Source: Octopus sinensis (taxonomy: Eukaryota). From it: 35,189 nucleotides of DNA. The stretch covers positions 1 through 35,189 of the forward strand of contig NW_021831904.1 of the NCBI RefSeq assembly GCF_006345805.1. Reading direction: 5' to 3'. The notes below the pieces were generated by a model. That model was not told the origin of the DNA, did not search any database, and saw only the letters and a list, made by a program, of their open reading frames with translations. Below are positions 1 to 15,289 of the stretch, in pieces (positions within the stretch are counted from its first letter, which is position 1; the number at the start of each line of letters is the position of its first letter). The position numbers and the translations under genes were made by a program.

Positions 1-60
1 ATAGACAACTAAATTTCAAAATTTCTTATCTGAGTGTCTAAATATTTTTTCAGCAGTGTA
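1..60. mobile_element. Right-hand terminal inverted repeat of a Tc1/mariner-type element, ending ...CAGCAGTG|TA
   Basis: The reverse complement of 25-60 reads TA-CACTGCTGAAAAAAATATTTAGACACTCAGATAAG, resembling the TA|CACTG-A-run start known for Tc1-family TIRs, with TA at 59-60. The partner end would lie left of the window. Confidence 0.55.
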
Positions 61-132
61 GAATTTACAATGTAATGTAATTATTCTTTTTCATTCAGGT
101 GCCATTATATTAAACATTTGCGAAGAGTAACC

Positions 133-423
133 ATGCCACGCACAAAAAATTCGGCAGAACTATCAGATTTTCAAAGACGTCGTATCGCTGGACAATCTGC
201 AGCTGGTCTTAGCCAGCGAAAAATTGCCGAAAATCTTCAAATTCCTCTTGCTACTGTTGATAGAATTATAGTGCAATTCAAAAGCCAAGGAAAAGAATCA
301 ACAGATTCTCGTCCCAGCCGACCTCGGCCTTCGGAAAGGAAGCGTCGCTGTTTGTAGAGAATTGTGGAAAACGAACCCCGTTCGAAGGCTTCTGACATTG
401 CAAAACAGCTAGAAGTTAGTCTT
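133..423 (+). pseudogene. Tc1/mariner transposase N-terminal (paired-like HTH) remnant, truncated
   Basis: [95 protein letters not shown]. This matches the Tc1 pattern ELS..R..I....G.S.R.IA..L....STV..I....RPGRP. There is an in-frame TAG at 355-357, similarity stops near 423, and no DDE domain follows. Confidence 0.85.
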
Positions 424-794
424 TCGTACACAATGTTTGGATGGAATTGAAAGCATCCAGCGAGAATGCTTCGATTGCATCAAAAAGAAAATAACATTCT
501 TAGTGTTCGGTTATTATAATGACACCGCACATCCCAATTCCTCCAACGAAGGTCTTTAGACATGTCATCGATTCCGGTAGTCAAAGAAGTTGAAGATGGG
601 TTCATAGAATCTTATGAGAAACTTTATCAAGAGCATTGCATAGATTTTAATTAAAATCATTTTTGGCCTTTGCTTGATCAGGATTGTTTATTAAATTACC
701 AAATGTGTCCACAAATATCATTCACACTTTGTATATATGATGACGTTTCTCTCCATCATAGATCTGTGTTAACGATGTATATATCTAAAGCTTT

Positions 795-1027
795 ATACCT
801 ATTTCTTTACTACCCATAAGGGGCTAAACACAGAGAGGTCAAATAAGGACAGACAAACGGATTAAGTCGATTATAACGACCCCAGTGCGTAACTGGTACT
901 TAATTTATCGACCCCGAAAGGATGAAAGGCAAAGTTAACCTCGGCTGAATTTGAACTCAGAACGTAACGGCAGACGAAATACCGCTAAGCATTTCGCCCG
1001 ACGTGCTAACGTTTCTGCCAGCTCGCT
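795..1027 (-). mobile_element. tRNA-derived SINE family A, tail subtype 1, near full length
   Basis: Minus strand: A-box-like TGGCAGAAACGTTAG, B-box GAGTTCAAATTC, central GCCTTTCATCCTTTCGGGGTCGATAAATTAAGTACCAG, tail ...TTTAGCCCCTTATGGGTAGTAAAGAAATAG. Aligns with the copies at 16247 and 31148. Confidence 0.9.
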
Positions 1028-1640
1028 CTATACCATCTCTGAGTATATCCTTGCAGCAAACCTGTCTCTAATTGTCTAATCCAACGCCCATACATTAGGA
1101 TATATTTTTTACCACCGAGGAACCACACTAAACGCATTTGCAGTCCTTTTTCTACAGAACGTCAATCCACCGGAATTCGCTGCCTGCCAACTTTTATTAT
1201 TTTTTTTCCAGACACTGACTTACATATGCTCAACTGCATATAAACCGAATCGATCTTGGGAGGTCATAGACATTGCTCCTGTCTCCTGAATTAACCATTA
1301 AAAAGAAAAAAAAAACAGCATATATCTGAGCATGTGTGTTTGGCTATATGCGTGTGTATTTGTATATGTATATACGTTTGTTTATGACATGTAGAAAAGA
1401 GATGGGGAGAGGTCAACATGCGGAGACAGAGAGGTTCGAGGGATGATCTAGGGTTATCATAAGACAGTATTGATGTCACGATAAACTTGAATATCACATG
1501 AAGGTCGTCAACGTTGTTATACAATCCTTATATCAGGACGCGTGTTTATTGTAGATATTTGTGCGTGGTAGGAGTAACTGCAAGTGTCTGAGATCTGAGG
1601 CAGAACGTATTTCAAAAGATGTTTGTATGGATGGGTGTGT

Positions 1641-2765
<1,125 letters not shown>

Positions 2766-3169
2766 GTAGGTATGTATGTATACGTGTATGTTTTTATGTA
2801 TTTATGTATGTATAAATGAAAATCAGCTATGAGAAATAGATCAGAGCGGCTTGTAGCACATATCTGAACGATATTGACGAATAAAAGTTTATTAAATGCC
2901 ATACAGCATAAATCATTCGTATTACTGGAATCATATTCACTTCCAGAGAGGTTACTACAACCTTCGGTGGTACTTGAGGCCATCTCTAAAAGAAAATGGA
3001 AGATATTCTCAATACAAAAGACTTCTCCAAGATTGATATCGCATTAACGGAGACATTTTATTTGTCTGAAGACAAGAGAACAGCTGTATTTCTGCCTCAA
3101 TAGCTGTTATCAGCTGAAGTACATTGTCTTTTGCATATAGACATGCCTTTCTTTTAAATGTTTGATTTC

Positions 3170-3700
3170 TTCTTATAAAACAGGAGCTTTCTATCAAAGT
3201 AGCACATCTCAAAGTTCTATCGGTATAATTTGGATACGAAGAGCAATGACTGTCACATGTTGAACCCTGGAAAAGACTTGCAAAGTTTTTTTCTGTTCCG
3301 CTCACAGAATATAATTGTAACGTGCGAGTTAGCTGGAGAAACAACTTTACTTGAAAACCATAACTCTTCCAGATTCTCCCTTAAACATTTGCTTACATAG
3401 CCAAGTACAACAATAATTACTGCTGTAATTGTGTGTATAGTCTAAGACAAGATGTTATAAATTTTCAAAATATTCATAATTTTTTTTCTTCCTGACTTTG
3501 GAAGAAGTTTTTACATCTGCAAGAAATCTCATCACATTATCTACAGTCTCAAACAAATATATCAAGCGTGATATTTCGCTTATGGTAGAAATTTTGATGG
3601 CAATGTTCCACTAATATTCCTCGGGTTGATATGCATGCATTTAATATCAGGGTTTTGTCCATGGCTATTCTAGGGTGGTATGGATGGTATATCTATGTTC
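3170..3700 (-). mobile_element. Decayed 3' end of an RLE-type non-LTR retrotransposon (R2/R4/NeSL group, most like R4/Dong)
   Basis: Minus-strand frames give, in order: EY*WNIAIK, NITLDIFV*D (degenerate PD-I-x-x-WD nuclease motif), LADVKTSSKVRKKKNY, IIVVLGYVSKCLRENLEELWF, LTRTLQLYSVSGT and KLCKSFPGFNM*. The terminal stop is at 3253-3255, with several frameshifts and stops before it. Confidence 0.75.
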
Positions 3701-4189
3701 CATATGTCCTTATGTACATCCAATATTTATTTTCAAGTGGAATTTCATTGTTGAATATATTTTCATTGTAAACATGAATCTGTTTACATATTTCTTAAGC
3801 TCTTTACAAAAGCGATATAATCACAAAAATGTTTTCCTCATACTCACAAAATATCTATTTTCATTATCAATGTACGAATATGTGTTTATAAAATTGCGTG
3901 AGTATATTGCATCTCAGATATAATGCATTTGTTTATGACTCCAGTGTGAGTTTGTACCCGTGTGTATATTATATATATTATAAATATATACGTATGTGTA
4001 CTTGTGTGTGTGTAGTTATGCACGTATGTGCGGGCATTTGATATTTGTTTTTCTAGATCGTTCGATATATCATTCACATCATTTACGCAGATGATTCACG
4101 AAGTTTTTCTTTGTATATGAAGATATTAACACAACACAGGGTGTATATACTCTGCAGTTTACATATAATATATCATAGGCTGCAGTTAA

Positions 4190-4336
4190 ATATAATGTAT
4201 ATATATATGTATGTATTTATATATATATATATATATATATATAATATGTATATATGTATATATCTATATATAAATATTATATATATATATATAGAATATA
4301 TATAATAGATATATATATATTATATATGTATGTATG

Positions 4337-4385
<49 letters not shown>

Positions 4386-4825
4386 GCGTGTATGTATTGT
4401 AGGAGTGTTTATTGTTTCAATTGTGTATCCTTGAATCTGTAGATATGTGTATATGTGCAGCAACTGTATTTTCATGAATATTTTAGTCTCTACAAAAATG
4501 TGTGCGTATGAGAAAGAAATACAGAAACGAGAAGACAAAGAAAGAGAATAAAATATTGGGAGGACAAACAGAGGAGTGGTGCTAGAGGGGGTGTGGGTTT
4601 AAAACGGCCGTTATCTTTAGGATCTCTTGTCACCATAAAAATATTGTAAATAGTAGTTCTTCTCATACCTACATCCATAGACAATTGAGTGTGTGCATGT
4701 ATGTGTGTGTGTATAAAAATCACGCATATATACGTACATACATACATAGATATATAGATACCTATATATATATTTTATATGCATATGTATATATATATAC
4801 ATACATACTTATATATATATACGTG

Positions 4826-4891
<66 letters not shown>

Positions 4892-5127
4892 CATACATAT
4901 ATATACATATATATATAAATATATATATATATATATTACACATACATATATATATATACATATATATATATACATATACATATATGTGTGTGTGTGTGCG
5001 TGCGTGTGTGTATGTGTGTGTTTGTGTGTGTCTGTGCCTGTGTGCGTACGTGTATGCGCATGTGTGTATTTGTGATTGCATGTGCATGCTTGCATATCTA
5101 TATGTGTATATATATGTATACATATAT

Positions 5128-5184
<57 letters not shown>

Positions 5185-5207
5185 TATATATATATATAAA
5201 GATATTA

Positions 5208-5239
<32 letters not shown>

Positions 5240-5245
5240 GTCTGT
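4190..5245. repeat. (TA)n/(CA)n/(TG)n microsatellite fields
   Basis: Long dinucleotide arrays at about 4190-4400 and 4685-5245; source of the YI/HT-rich pseudo-ORFs. Confidence 0.95.
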
Positions 5246-6039
5246 GCATGTTATTCTTATCTATCTCTGTAAAAACGTAATAAAAGAACTGGTAGTAAAT
5301 TATGCAACACTTGCCCATTTTACGAGACAAAAACAATGGCAGTAGCCAGTTGTCTTAACTTTAAACACCCTAAAAAGGACATCTCGCATTGGCGCTATTG
5401 GCGTTTGTTAGGTCTTTGCTATCACCGTTATTGCGATATCGTCATAACTACTTTTGTATAAGGTTTTTTTATTTCAGCTCTTTAAGCAATATCAGTTGAC
5501 TCGTAAACATGCAATCACGATATGATAGAATGATAGCTGAATTTGATACACAATATGGCGCTATTGTAAGACAAGGAAAAAAAAAAACAAAATAAAGGAA
5601 AACAAAACGTAAAACAGAAATATAACAAAAGATGATGGCGGCTGGTAGAGTTTAAGCAAATGCTTAAGTTAAACGAAAGAAAACAAAGCAAAAATAGAAA
5701 AGCCCAAAACAAAAGGGGAGATAATTTTACCGACCTCCCATGATGTTGTAACGATGAGACTTGCAGAGTTCAAATTTTATCGGCTGACCCGTAAAAAGTT
5801 ACACGCACATACGCTGAGATAGAAAGAATAAAATACGCAAATGATATAGATAATGAAGACACAAACGCACACACACTCACACAAAATGATGTTACAATAA
5901 AAATTCTAGTGGGTTGACGAGCTTGGTCGAACGTGGCAAAATTACATGATAATGACATCAGCATGAAGCGTCTGTATGTGTTTGCTTTGTGTGTCTGTAT
6001 GTGCTTGTGGTGTGTGTCTGTATGTGAATCTATGTGTTT

Positions 6040-6052
6040 TTATTCTCTCTTT

Positions 6053-6092
<40 letters not shown>

Positions 6093-6211
6093 ATCTGCAT
6101 GTGTGTGTGTTTATGTCTGTTCATAGATATTGTGATATAGATATAGTTGTACGTACACACCACGCACACACACATTGTATGTATGGTGTGTGTGTGCATA
6201 AATTCATATAT

Positions 6212-6257
<46 letters not shown>

Positions 6258-6410
6258 TGTATATATATATATATGTATATATAAGGCTTTTATTTATATT
6301 TTCGATTTGCCTCACTTTCCCCATCTCTCCCTCTTTGTCTCTCTCTCCACACACACACACACACACACACGCACACACATACATATATAATAGGATATAG
6401 GTGTTTACAA
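6040..6410. repeat. Compound (CT)n/(TA)n/(CA)n microsatellite
   Basis: Direct reading of the sequence. Confidence 0.9.
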
Positions 6411-7561
6411 ACAAAATATAATATTCAATACTTTTGGCAGAATGAAAAAAAAATTAAACAATGATATAACCTTTTTCTGATAATAGTTAGCAACTTAAGT
6501 TTCATATTCAGAATATTTTTAGATATTGTTCATTGCATATATGTATTGTTATGTGAGCTCTTCCTTTTTGATTAATTAAGAATAGAGAATTTAAATGACT
6601 TTAAAAAATATAACCAAGTTAAGTAAGGAAAGGGTTGCATATAATTTCTAATGGAAAGTTATTAAAAAATGAGTTATCATATGATGTGTAAGTATCATAT
6701 AATGTTAAGGGAGATCAGAACTGTGAATTAATAGGTGGATACTAAAGAGGAAGAAAAGAGATATCATATTTGTTCTCGGTAAATAGCTAAATACTGTTCC
6801 ATGAAACCAATGGAAATGTGTACAGAAAGAAAAATGTTTAAAATATCAGAGTGCATCATTGTAATGGGTAGTAAGATTGGAAATGTTTATTAGTTCGTTA
6901 AAACTCAGAAGGGAAATATAAAGTGTATATGATTGTTCTTGGCAAATAAATTTGATCCATTCAATCAGATAATGCTATACTCTTCCAATGCTTCGGAAAG
7001 TACTTCTCAAGGTGACCACATCCAGTGATTATTTCTGATCTGACATATAGACTTAATATTTATGAAAGGCAGTGAAAACGAAGCTTATCTCAGCCATGTA
7101 TGGCCCGCAAACTTTTTGTTATGTCATTATATGATCTCTGTCTTTCGAGAGCCTTTCATTTAATGTTTAAATCAGTTCCGTGTTTATTCAAACTCTTGAC
7201 ATAATGGATAATTTTGATAGTTTTGTTGTATTCCTCTTCTAAAATTCTGAAAGAGGAAATTGCGATGAAGTTTTTCTTATGAGCACCTAATGAAGTTAGT
7301 TTGAATATTTAATCGATTGCATCTATGAAATCCTTATAACGATTATAATTTTAGAGAAAAACTCAAAATCAGAAATCGGTCTGAAAATATCGAAATACGT
7401 TTTTCATTTTCCAATGAACCTCAAAGATATCTTTTGAGAATGTAGCAGAGGCAAATTAAAAACGAAATGTCTCATTAGATATTACATATCCAATACGTAA
7501 GATGATTCACTTTAAACGATCATTAACTACTTCTGTTTCATGATAGGACTAGTAGTAGATA

Positions 7562-7953
7562 GTGGAGGTGCAATGGCCCAGTGGTTAGGGCAGCGGACTC
7601 GCGGTCATAGGATCGCGGTTTCGATTCCCAGACCGGGCGTTGTGAGTGTTTATTGAGCGAAAACACCTTAAGCTCCACGAGGCTCCGGCAGGGGATGGTG
7701 GTGATCCCTGCTGTACTCTTTCACCACAACTTCCTCTCACACTTACTTCCTGTTTCTGTTGTACCTGTATTTCAAAGGGCCGGCCTTGTCACTCTCCGTG
7801 TCACGCTGAATATCCCCGAGAACTATGTTAAGGGTACACGTGTCTGTGGAGTGCTCAGCCACTTACACGTTAATTTCACGAGCAGGCTGTTCCGTTGATT
7901 CGCATCAACCGGAACCCTCATCGTCGTAACCGACGGAGTGCTTCCTACCTCCT
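7562..7953 (+). mobile_element. Full-length tRNA-derived SINE family C (392 bp) with perfect 14-bp TSD
   Basis: A box TGGCCCAGTGG at 7574 and B box GGTTTCGATTCCC at 7617. ACTAGTAGTAGATA flanks the element at 7548-7561 and 7954-7967. Confidence 0.92.
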
Positions 7954-8989
7954 ACTAGTAGTAGATAAACGAAGTAGTCACTAATATAGATACATAGATG
8001 ACCCAAAAGTAGCATTTCTGCTGGCCCTCGAAATAGCAGACAAATCTCGTTCAGATCATATCCTGCCAAGATCAACTTTGGTTTCTGTCTATTATTCCAG
8101 AGTAAATGAAATACCATTACAGAGCTGTGAATTGTCGGAATCGTAAAAAGATGAACAAAATACTCTTACAGTATTTGTTAACATTCTGAATTTATCATAG
8201 AGCCAAAGTGTAACAACCATTACTTGTTTTCTGAGATGATATTTGTGACGAGAACAAGGGAGATTTGTTGCATGTAACTGTTAGCCATCTGTAAAAACGC
8301 TGCCCAGTTCTGCACTTTGGAAATAAACTTTTTAAACGCAGATCCATGTTCTCATGAGACATATGGATCCCAGTAAAACATTTGTGTGGAAAATACATTG
8401 TCTTTGTAGCTGTGAAGAAAAGATCTTACTCTTTAGCTATGTGAAGGAGCCTTTAGCTTTTTAGCTGCTAATATATAACCCTCTTATAGCAACGAGGTTT
8501 GGGGTTTTAGAGTTCTATTTTAATAATACCCTGTAAGTTTTTACGCATGTGGCTATGATGAGCGATGTCATTGACAAAATTTAGATCAACGAGCTGTTTT
8601 TAACCACCATTTAATGCCAAATGTTTGCTTTGTCAGATAGGGCAATATAAAACCTGTATGCAACTTTGAAAATATAATAACAGTTATTAACATCATTGAT
8701 ATCCTGATTCATTTGTAATGTAGTGAATCAGAATCTATATCCGATTTTAAATGTTTCAGAACAGGAAAAATTCTATCATAACGCGCGGTGCAGTTTTGTA
8801 ACATAAACTATAACCCAGCAAAAGGTTGGAAAAACAGACCTTGCCGACTTTTGATATGCTTCTAGACATGTTCTGTTATCATGTATGGGGATCAACTATT
8901 GAATTAAAACAGAGAGCAAAAGCAAAATGGCACAACTACTATCTTAAACATTTCCAGCACCACATCTGCCATTTTAACCACCAAACCAT

Positions 8990-9330
8990 CACCAACAACG
9001 ACATTACTACAGCTACTATTACTATCATTACCATTATAACCAAAACAATGATTATTACTAACAATCCCTGAAAAAAACATTAAGTGTATTCAACTAGTAC
9101 GAACAGTACTATCACGAAGAAATTAGAAAAGCAGGACTAATAGCTTCGACCTTTGATCTGCTCAATTAGTGTTGGACTACAGCAATACATACTTACATAC
9201 TACTACTACTACTACTACTACACTACTGCTACAGCTGCTGCTAATACTACAACTACTATTACTATTACTACTACTACTGCTGCTGCTGCCACTACAACTG
9301 CTGCTGCCACTACAACTGCTGCTGCTGCTG

Positions 9331-9368
<38 letters not shown>

Positions 9369-9420
9369 GCCGCTGCCGCTGCTGCTGCAGTTGTTGCTAT
9401 TCTTGCTGCTGTTGCTGCAA
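8990..9420. repeat. (CTA)n/(CTG)n trinucleotide tract
   Basis: Produces the poly-T/A/L/S pseudo-ORFs. Confidence 0.9.
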
Positions 9421-9724
9421 TTATCAGACACTATCATAAACATTGCTATAAAGCACATACATCGCACTCTCCAAGAACAACCTCACAACCTCCATTAACA
9501 ACCACCATCAGTCAAGCCATTGGCATCATCACCAACGGCAACAGCCACGAAGGCCACAATAAAACACAATCCTCAGAAATAACTTTCGCAACAATAGCAA
9601 CATCATCACTGCCGCTCTGATCTTCATTAGCAATAACAACAAAAACAACACCAGCTGTAGCTGCAACACTAAAGGCAGTGGAAGAGCTTCTAACTTACTA
9701 AGCAGGAAAGATCAATAGAAAATG

Positions 9725-9797
9725 GAATATATGTATATATATATATACATATATACATGTGTGTATGTATGTATATATACATATATATATGTGTGTT

Positions 9798-9844
<47 letters not shown>

Positions 9845-10171
9845 ATACATGTATATATATATGTATATATATATTATATATATATATATATATATATGCA
9901 CACACACACACATATATATATGTATATATATATACGCATACACACATATATATACATAAATGCACAAACACACACGTGTGTGTATGTATGAGTGTGTAAG
10001 AATGTCTTTTTATATTTTATTTTAGTTTGAGTTGGAGAATTAAAGAGTAGAATGAACAACCCGACAACAAAATCGAAAAAGAAAACAAAACAAAAGGAAA
10101 TAAAATAGCAGTTACTACTACTGAATGTAACCACAGCGACAACAGCAACAACAAAAACAACAATAACAACG

Positions 10172-10211
<40 letters not shown>

Positions 10212-10775
10212 TAATAAACGAATCAAAAACAAATAAGTCTTAGAGCTGCAAAAGTTACCACAATATCATAAAAAATAATAACAAAGACTAAAACTGCTAC
10301 AAACAACTCACAACAAACGCAACTATAACAAGAAGAAGCACTGCAAACAACAACAACAAAAAAAAATGCTGCTACAATAACAACGTCAAACGATTACAAA
10401 AATCTAACTATATAAAAAAAACAAAATGTCTTCCACAAACAAAAGAAGCAAGCCACTACAAAACTATACAGTGCAGCAATAAAACAAAACAGACAAAAAC
10501 GAACAAATATAAAAAAAAGACAACTAAAAGAAGCAATGGTTGCTGAATCATCAACTCAAGTGCCAACCTTTCTAAAGATTAGCACAAAATTAAATACAAA
10601 TTTTCATTCTTTCATATTTTCCCAAAATCCATTCATCTAGTTTTACTCTTCACAACTTCATTTAATAATTCGCTGCTTTCCACCCAGACCCACCACCTTG
10701 TATGTTTTTTATATATTCATTCTTCATATGTAATTTCTTTTTTCATCCGCTCTTTCCTCTATTATTATCATTATT

Positions 10776-10873
<98 letters not shown>

Positions 10874-11100
10874 TATTGTTGTTGATGTTGTTTGCTTGCT
10901 TTCCTTGTTGGTTTGTTTTTTTTCTTTCATTCTTCTTTATGGTTTTTTTTCTTCGCGGTTATGATTTAATTTTTTTTCCAGAAAATTTTGATTGCCCCCC
11001 ATTTTTTTTTATTTTTGTTTATTTTAAACTATAAGTGTATAGTTTTTGAAACATCTTGCTCGTTTCCATCTATGTATACATGTATGCTTCTGGACATATA

Positions 11101-11192
<92 letters not shown>

Positions 11193-11500
11193 CATATATA
11201 TATACATATATATATACATATATAATAGATAGATACATAGGTAGGTAGATAGATATACACGATTATATATATACATATATGGATGTAGATATAAATAAAT
11301 ATGTATATACATATATATATATATAATATATATATATACACACGCATAAAAGTATATATATATATATATATATATAAATATATATGTGTGTATATTTTCT
11401 ATATATGGACATTCGTATATATATATATGCGTGCATGTCAGCGCGTGTGTATCTCTGTATATACTCAGATATACATATATATATATATATATATATACAT
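9725..11500. repeat. Cluster of (TA)n, (AAT)n, degenerate (CAA)n and (ATT)n/(ATC)n repeats
   Basis: Arrays at about 9725-9990, 10140-10215, 10260-10530, 10755-10885 and 11095-11500. Confidence 0.9.
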
Positions 11501-11679
11501 ACAGAGAGAGTGTGGCGGGTGTAGATTAACTTTTACATTCTGTATTAGTTTTCTTTCATCTGAAAATAATAATAGAAATAACACTCATTAGTAGTATTAT
11601 TACTATTGATATTAATATTGATGTTTATATTTTTATAAGTACTAAAAATACCAAACGACGTCGATTATCGTGTATTAGT

Positions 11680-11795
11680 GGTGGCAGCGGTGGTAGTGGC
11701 GATAATGTTAACGATGATGACGACAACAACAACGGCTTCGACGACAATGATGGTGATGGTGGTGGTGATGATGATGATGATTATGATGATGATTA

Positions 11796-11828
<33 letters not shown>

Positions 11829-11976
11829 CGATGGTGGCGGTGATGAAGCGAATGAGATTATGAAAACGGTTAAATCTGCCTTGATGATGATAACGATGAT
11901 GATAAAAGCAGTAATGTTAAGGCTTTGATGTTGATGATGATCAAGATGATAGTCATCCTCATCATCATCATCGTCG

Positions 11977-12011
<35 letters not shown>

Positions 12012-12359
12012 GACGACATTGACATCATCATGATTTTGGTGTTGATTTGATCATAAAAGAAAATGAAGTTAATGGTGTGAGAAACGGCTATGGTGGATAA
12101 CGATCATGATATAGATGGCGGTGTCAGCGTTCATTGAGGGGTGGCGTCGCCGACACCAATGAACACCATGACGACGACGACGGCGTCGATGATGATGATG
12201 ATGATGATGATGATGAATGACGATGATGATGATGAAGATGATGATGACGATAATGATGACGATGATGATGACGATGATGATGCTGACGATGATGATGATG
12301 ATGATGATGATGGTGATGCTGACGATGATGATGATGATGACGATGATGATGCTAACGAC

Positions 12360-12406
<47 letters not shown>

Positions 12407-12431
12407 CGAGGATGATGATGATGATGCTGAC

Positions 12432-12465
<34 letters not shown>

Positions 12466-12477
12466 CTGATGACGTCA

Positions 12478-12510
<33 letters not shown>

Positions 12511-12563
12511 CTGACGATGATGATGCTGACGGTGATGATGATGATGATGATGATGCTGACGAC

Positions 12564-12626
<63 letters not shown>

Positions 12627-12930
12627 AGTGGTGGTAGTTGTGTGAATGGTGGTAATAGTGGAGGTGGTGATAATGATGATGATCATCATGATCATGATGG
12701 TCATGATGACGGTGACGATGATTGTGACTGCTGCTACGGCTACTGATTATGATAATGATAATGATGATGATGATGATGATGGTGGTAGTGGTGATGGTGG
12801 TGGTTTTAGTAGTGGTGGCGGTGGTGATTTTTGAAGACACTGCTAATGATGGTGTATGGAATGTTCAAAACGGCCAGAAAAGTAGGATTTGTGAAGATGA
12901 TGATTAAGCTGAAGAAGGGTAGTTACGACA

Positions 12931-12962
<32 letters not shown>

Positions 12963-13189
12963 AATTTAATTGTTGTATCTGTTTCAGCTGCTGCTGCTCT
13001 TTCATTTGTGTTGCTGCTATTTTCATTGTTGCTGCTGCTGATAATTAAGATGACGATGATTCTGAAGTCGATGAGGATGGTGTTGATAATAATGGCGACA
13101 GATTTGATGGTGGATTATAATGATGGTAATGACGACGTCGACGATGACAAGGATGATAATGGTGATGACGAAGACGACAACGATGACGG

Positions 13190-13233
<44 letters not shown>

Positions 13234-13636
13234 GTGATGATGGTGACGATGTTGACGATGATAACGATGATGAGCTTATGAGAATGATGATGATGAGGAT
13301 AATGACGATGACGACGACGACGATGATGATGACGATGATGATGACGACGATGATGATGATGATGATGATGATGATGACGATGGTGACGACGACGATGATG
13401 ATGATAATAATGATGACGATGATGATAATGATGATGACGACGATGATGACAAAGCTGTTGACGATGACGATCATGATAATGGTGATGATGACAATGCCGA
13501 TGGTTGTGATGGTAGTGTTGGAGAAGCCGTCGACGACTAATGTGTTAGTGGTGATGACACAAAACGGCCACAACTTATAGTTAAAGAGAGGGAGACTATA
13601 CGCCAACAAAAGCTACTTAAAATGACCGACAACAAC

Positions 13637-13677
<41 letters not shown>

Positions 13678-13772
13678 TGATGATGATGATGATGATGATG
13701 ATGATGTTGACGATGACGATGATAATGATGATGATGATAATAATAATAATGATGATGATGATAATAATAATA

Positions 13773-13823
<51 letters not shown>

Positions 13824-13987
13824 TAATAATAATAATGATAATAATATAATAATAATAATAATAATAAGAAGAAGAAGAAGAAGAAGAAGGAGAAGAAGAG
13901 GAAGAAAAACAATAAGAAGAATAATGATAATAACAATGATATTGATAATAATGATGATAATAATAGCAATGATAAAAGATAGATAAA

Positions 13988-14053
<66 letters not shown>

Positions 14054-14144
14054 TGATGATGATGATGATGATGTTGACGATGACGATGATAATGATGATT
14101 TTGATGATGATGATGATGACGATTATTATGATGATGGTGATGAC

Positions 14145-14218
<74 letters not shown>

Positions 14219-14224
14219 CGATGG

Positions 14225-14264
<40 letters not shown>

Positions 14265-14280
14265 GAAGGCGAAGGAACAA
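11680..14280. repeat. About 2.6-kb compound (GAT/GAC/GGT)n and (AAT)n trinucleotide field
   Basis: Continuous imperfect triplet repeats; explains the poly-D, poly-M, poly-I, poly-H and poly-S ORFs. Confidence 0.95.
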
Positions 14281-14609
14281 ACAGGGTTATATTAAAAATT
14301 AAATATATAAGAGGCAACGAATCATTGAAGTGGGAGACCAATACAAGAACAAGAACAGGAAAAAAAATATCTGAAAAACGCAAAGTAAAAGAATAACAAA
14401 CAAAACAAACAAACACACATTTAGAACGGCCATTAGCTATTTTTCCGATTTTGTATTTATTGGCGTTTTTATTTATTTTACGTATTTTTTCTGTTTCCCA
14501 TTTTTTCCCCTTCACTAAAAGAAAACGAATGGTTCTTGATCTAAGGAGCATGTCATCACCTTTGCATCAAGAATTAACATTTTATGATCGAATTAATCAA
14601 TACATTGCC

Positions 14610-14780
14610 GTCTCTTTCTCTCTCTCTCTCTCTCTCTGTAACTCCCTCCTTCTCTTCTCTCTCTCTCTCTTTTCATCTCTCTAACACACACACATTCTCT
14701 CTCATTCCCTTTTCTTTTTCACATATTTATTCTCTTTCTACAAGTACGCAATGTTTTTTTTATCTCTTTCGTTTGTTATC

Positions 14781-14865
<85 letters not shown>

Positions 14866-14866
14866 A

Positions 14867-14938
<72 letters not shown>

Positions 14939-15047
14939 GTCTGTCTGTCTGTCTCTCTGTCTAACTGTTTATCAGCCTATATCTGTCAGTCTGTTAGTCT
15001 GTCTATTCATCAATTTATTTCTCCATTCAGCTATCTGGCCATATACC

Positions 15048-15078
<31 letters not shown>

Positions 15079-15087
15079 CACACACAT

Positions 15088-15142
<55 letters not shown>

Positions 15143-15257
15143 TCATACCTATATATACATATATATACATGCATATATATATACATATATCAATATGTAT
15201 ATGCATATCCATATATGTATATATATGTATATATATGCATATATATATATGTATTTG

Positions 15258-15289
<32 letters not shown>

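Noticed and set aside
1140-1290. Strong-looking acceptors (TTTTTCTACAG, TTTTTTTTCCAG)
   Set aside because: Downstream frames close quickly, and only a weak donor (GAG|GTCATA) is available.
3009-3344. 111-aa minus-strand ORF as a gene
   Set aside because: Only its first 17 or so residues are meaningful, as a frameshifted piece of the LINE C-terminus. The rest reads through the LINE 3' UTR.
7562-7635. tRNA-like sequence
   Set aside because: It is the head of SINE-C: no proper acceptor stem, and it continues into a 320-bp body bounded by TSDs.
12069-14295. Long ORFs of poly-D, poly-M, poly-I and poly-H (up to 249 aa), superficially like acidic biomineral or His-rich proteins
   Set aside because: All frames on both strands are open because GAT/ATC triplet repeats lack stops. 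There is no unique coding flank, signal peptide or convincing splice context.
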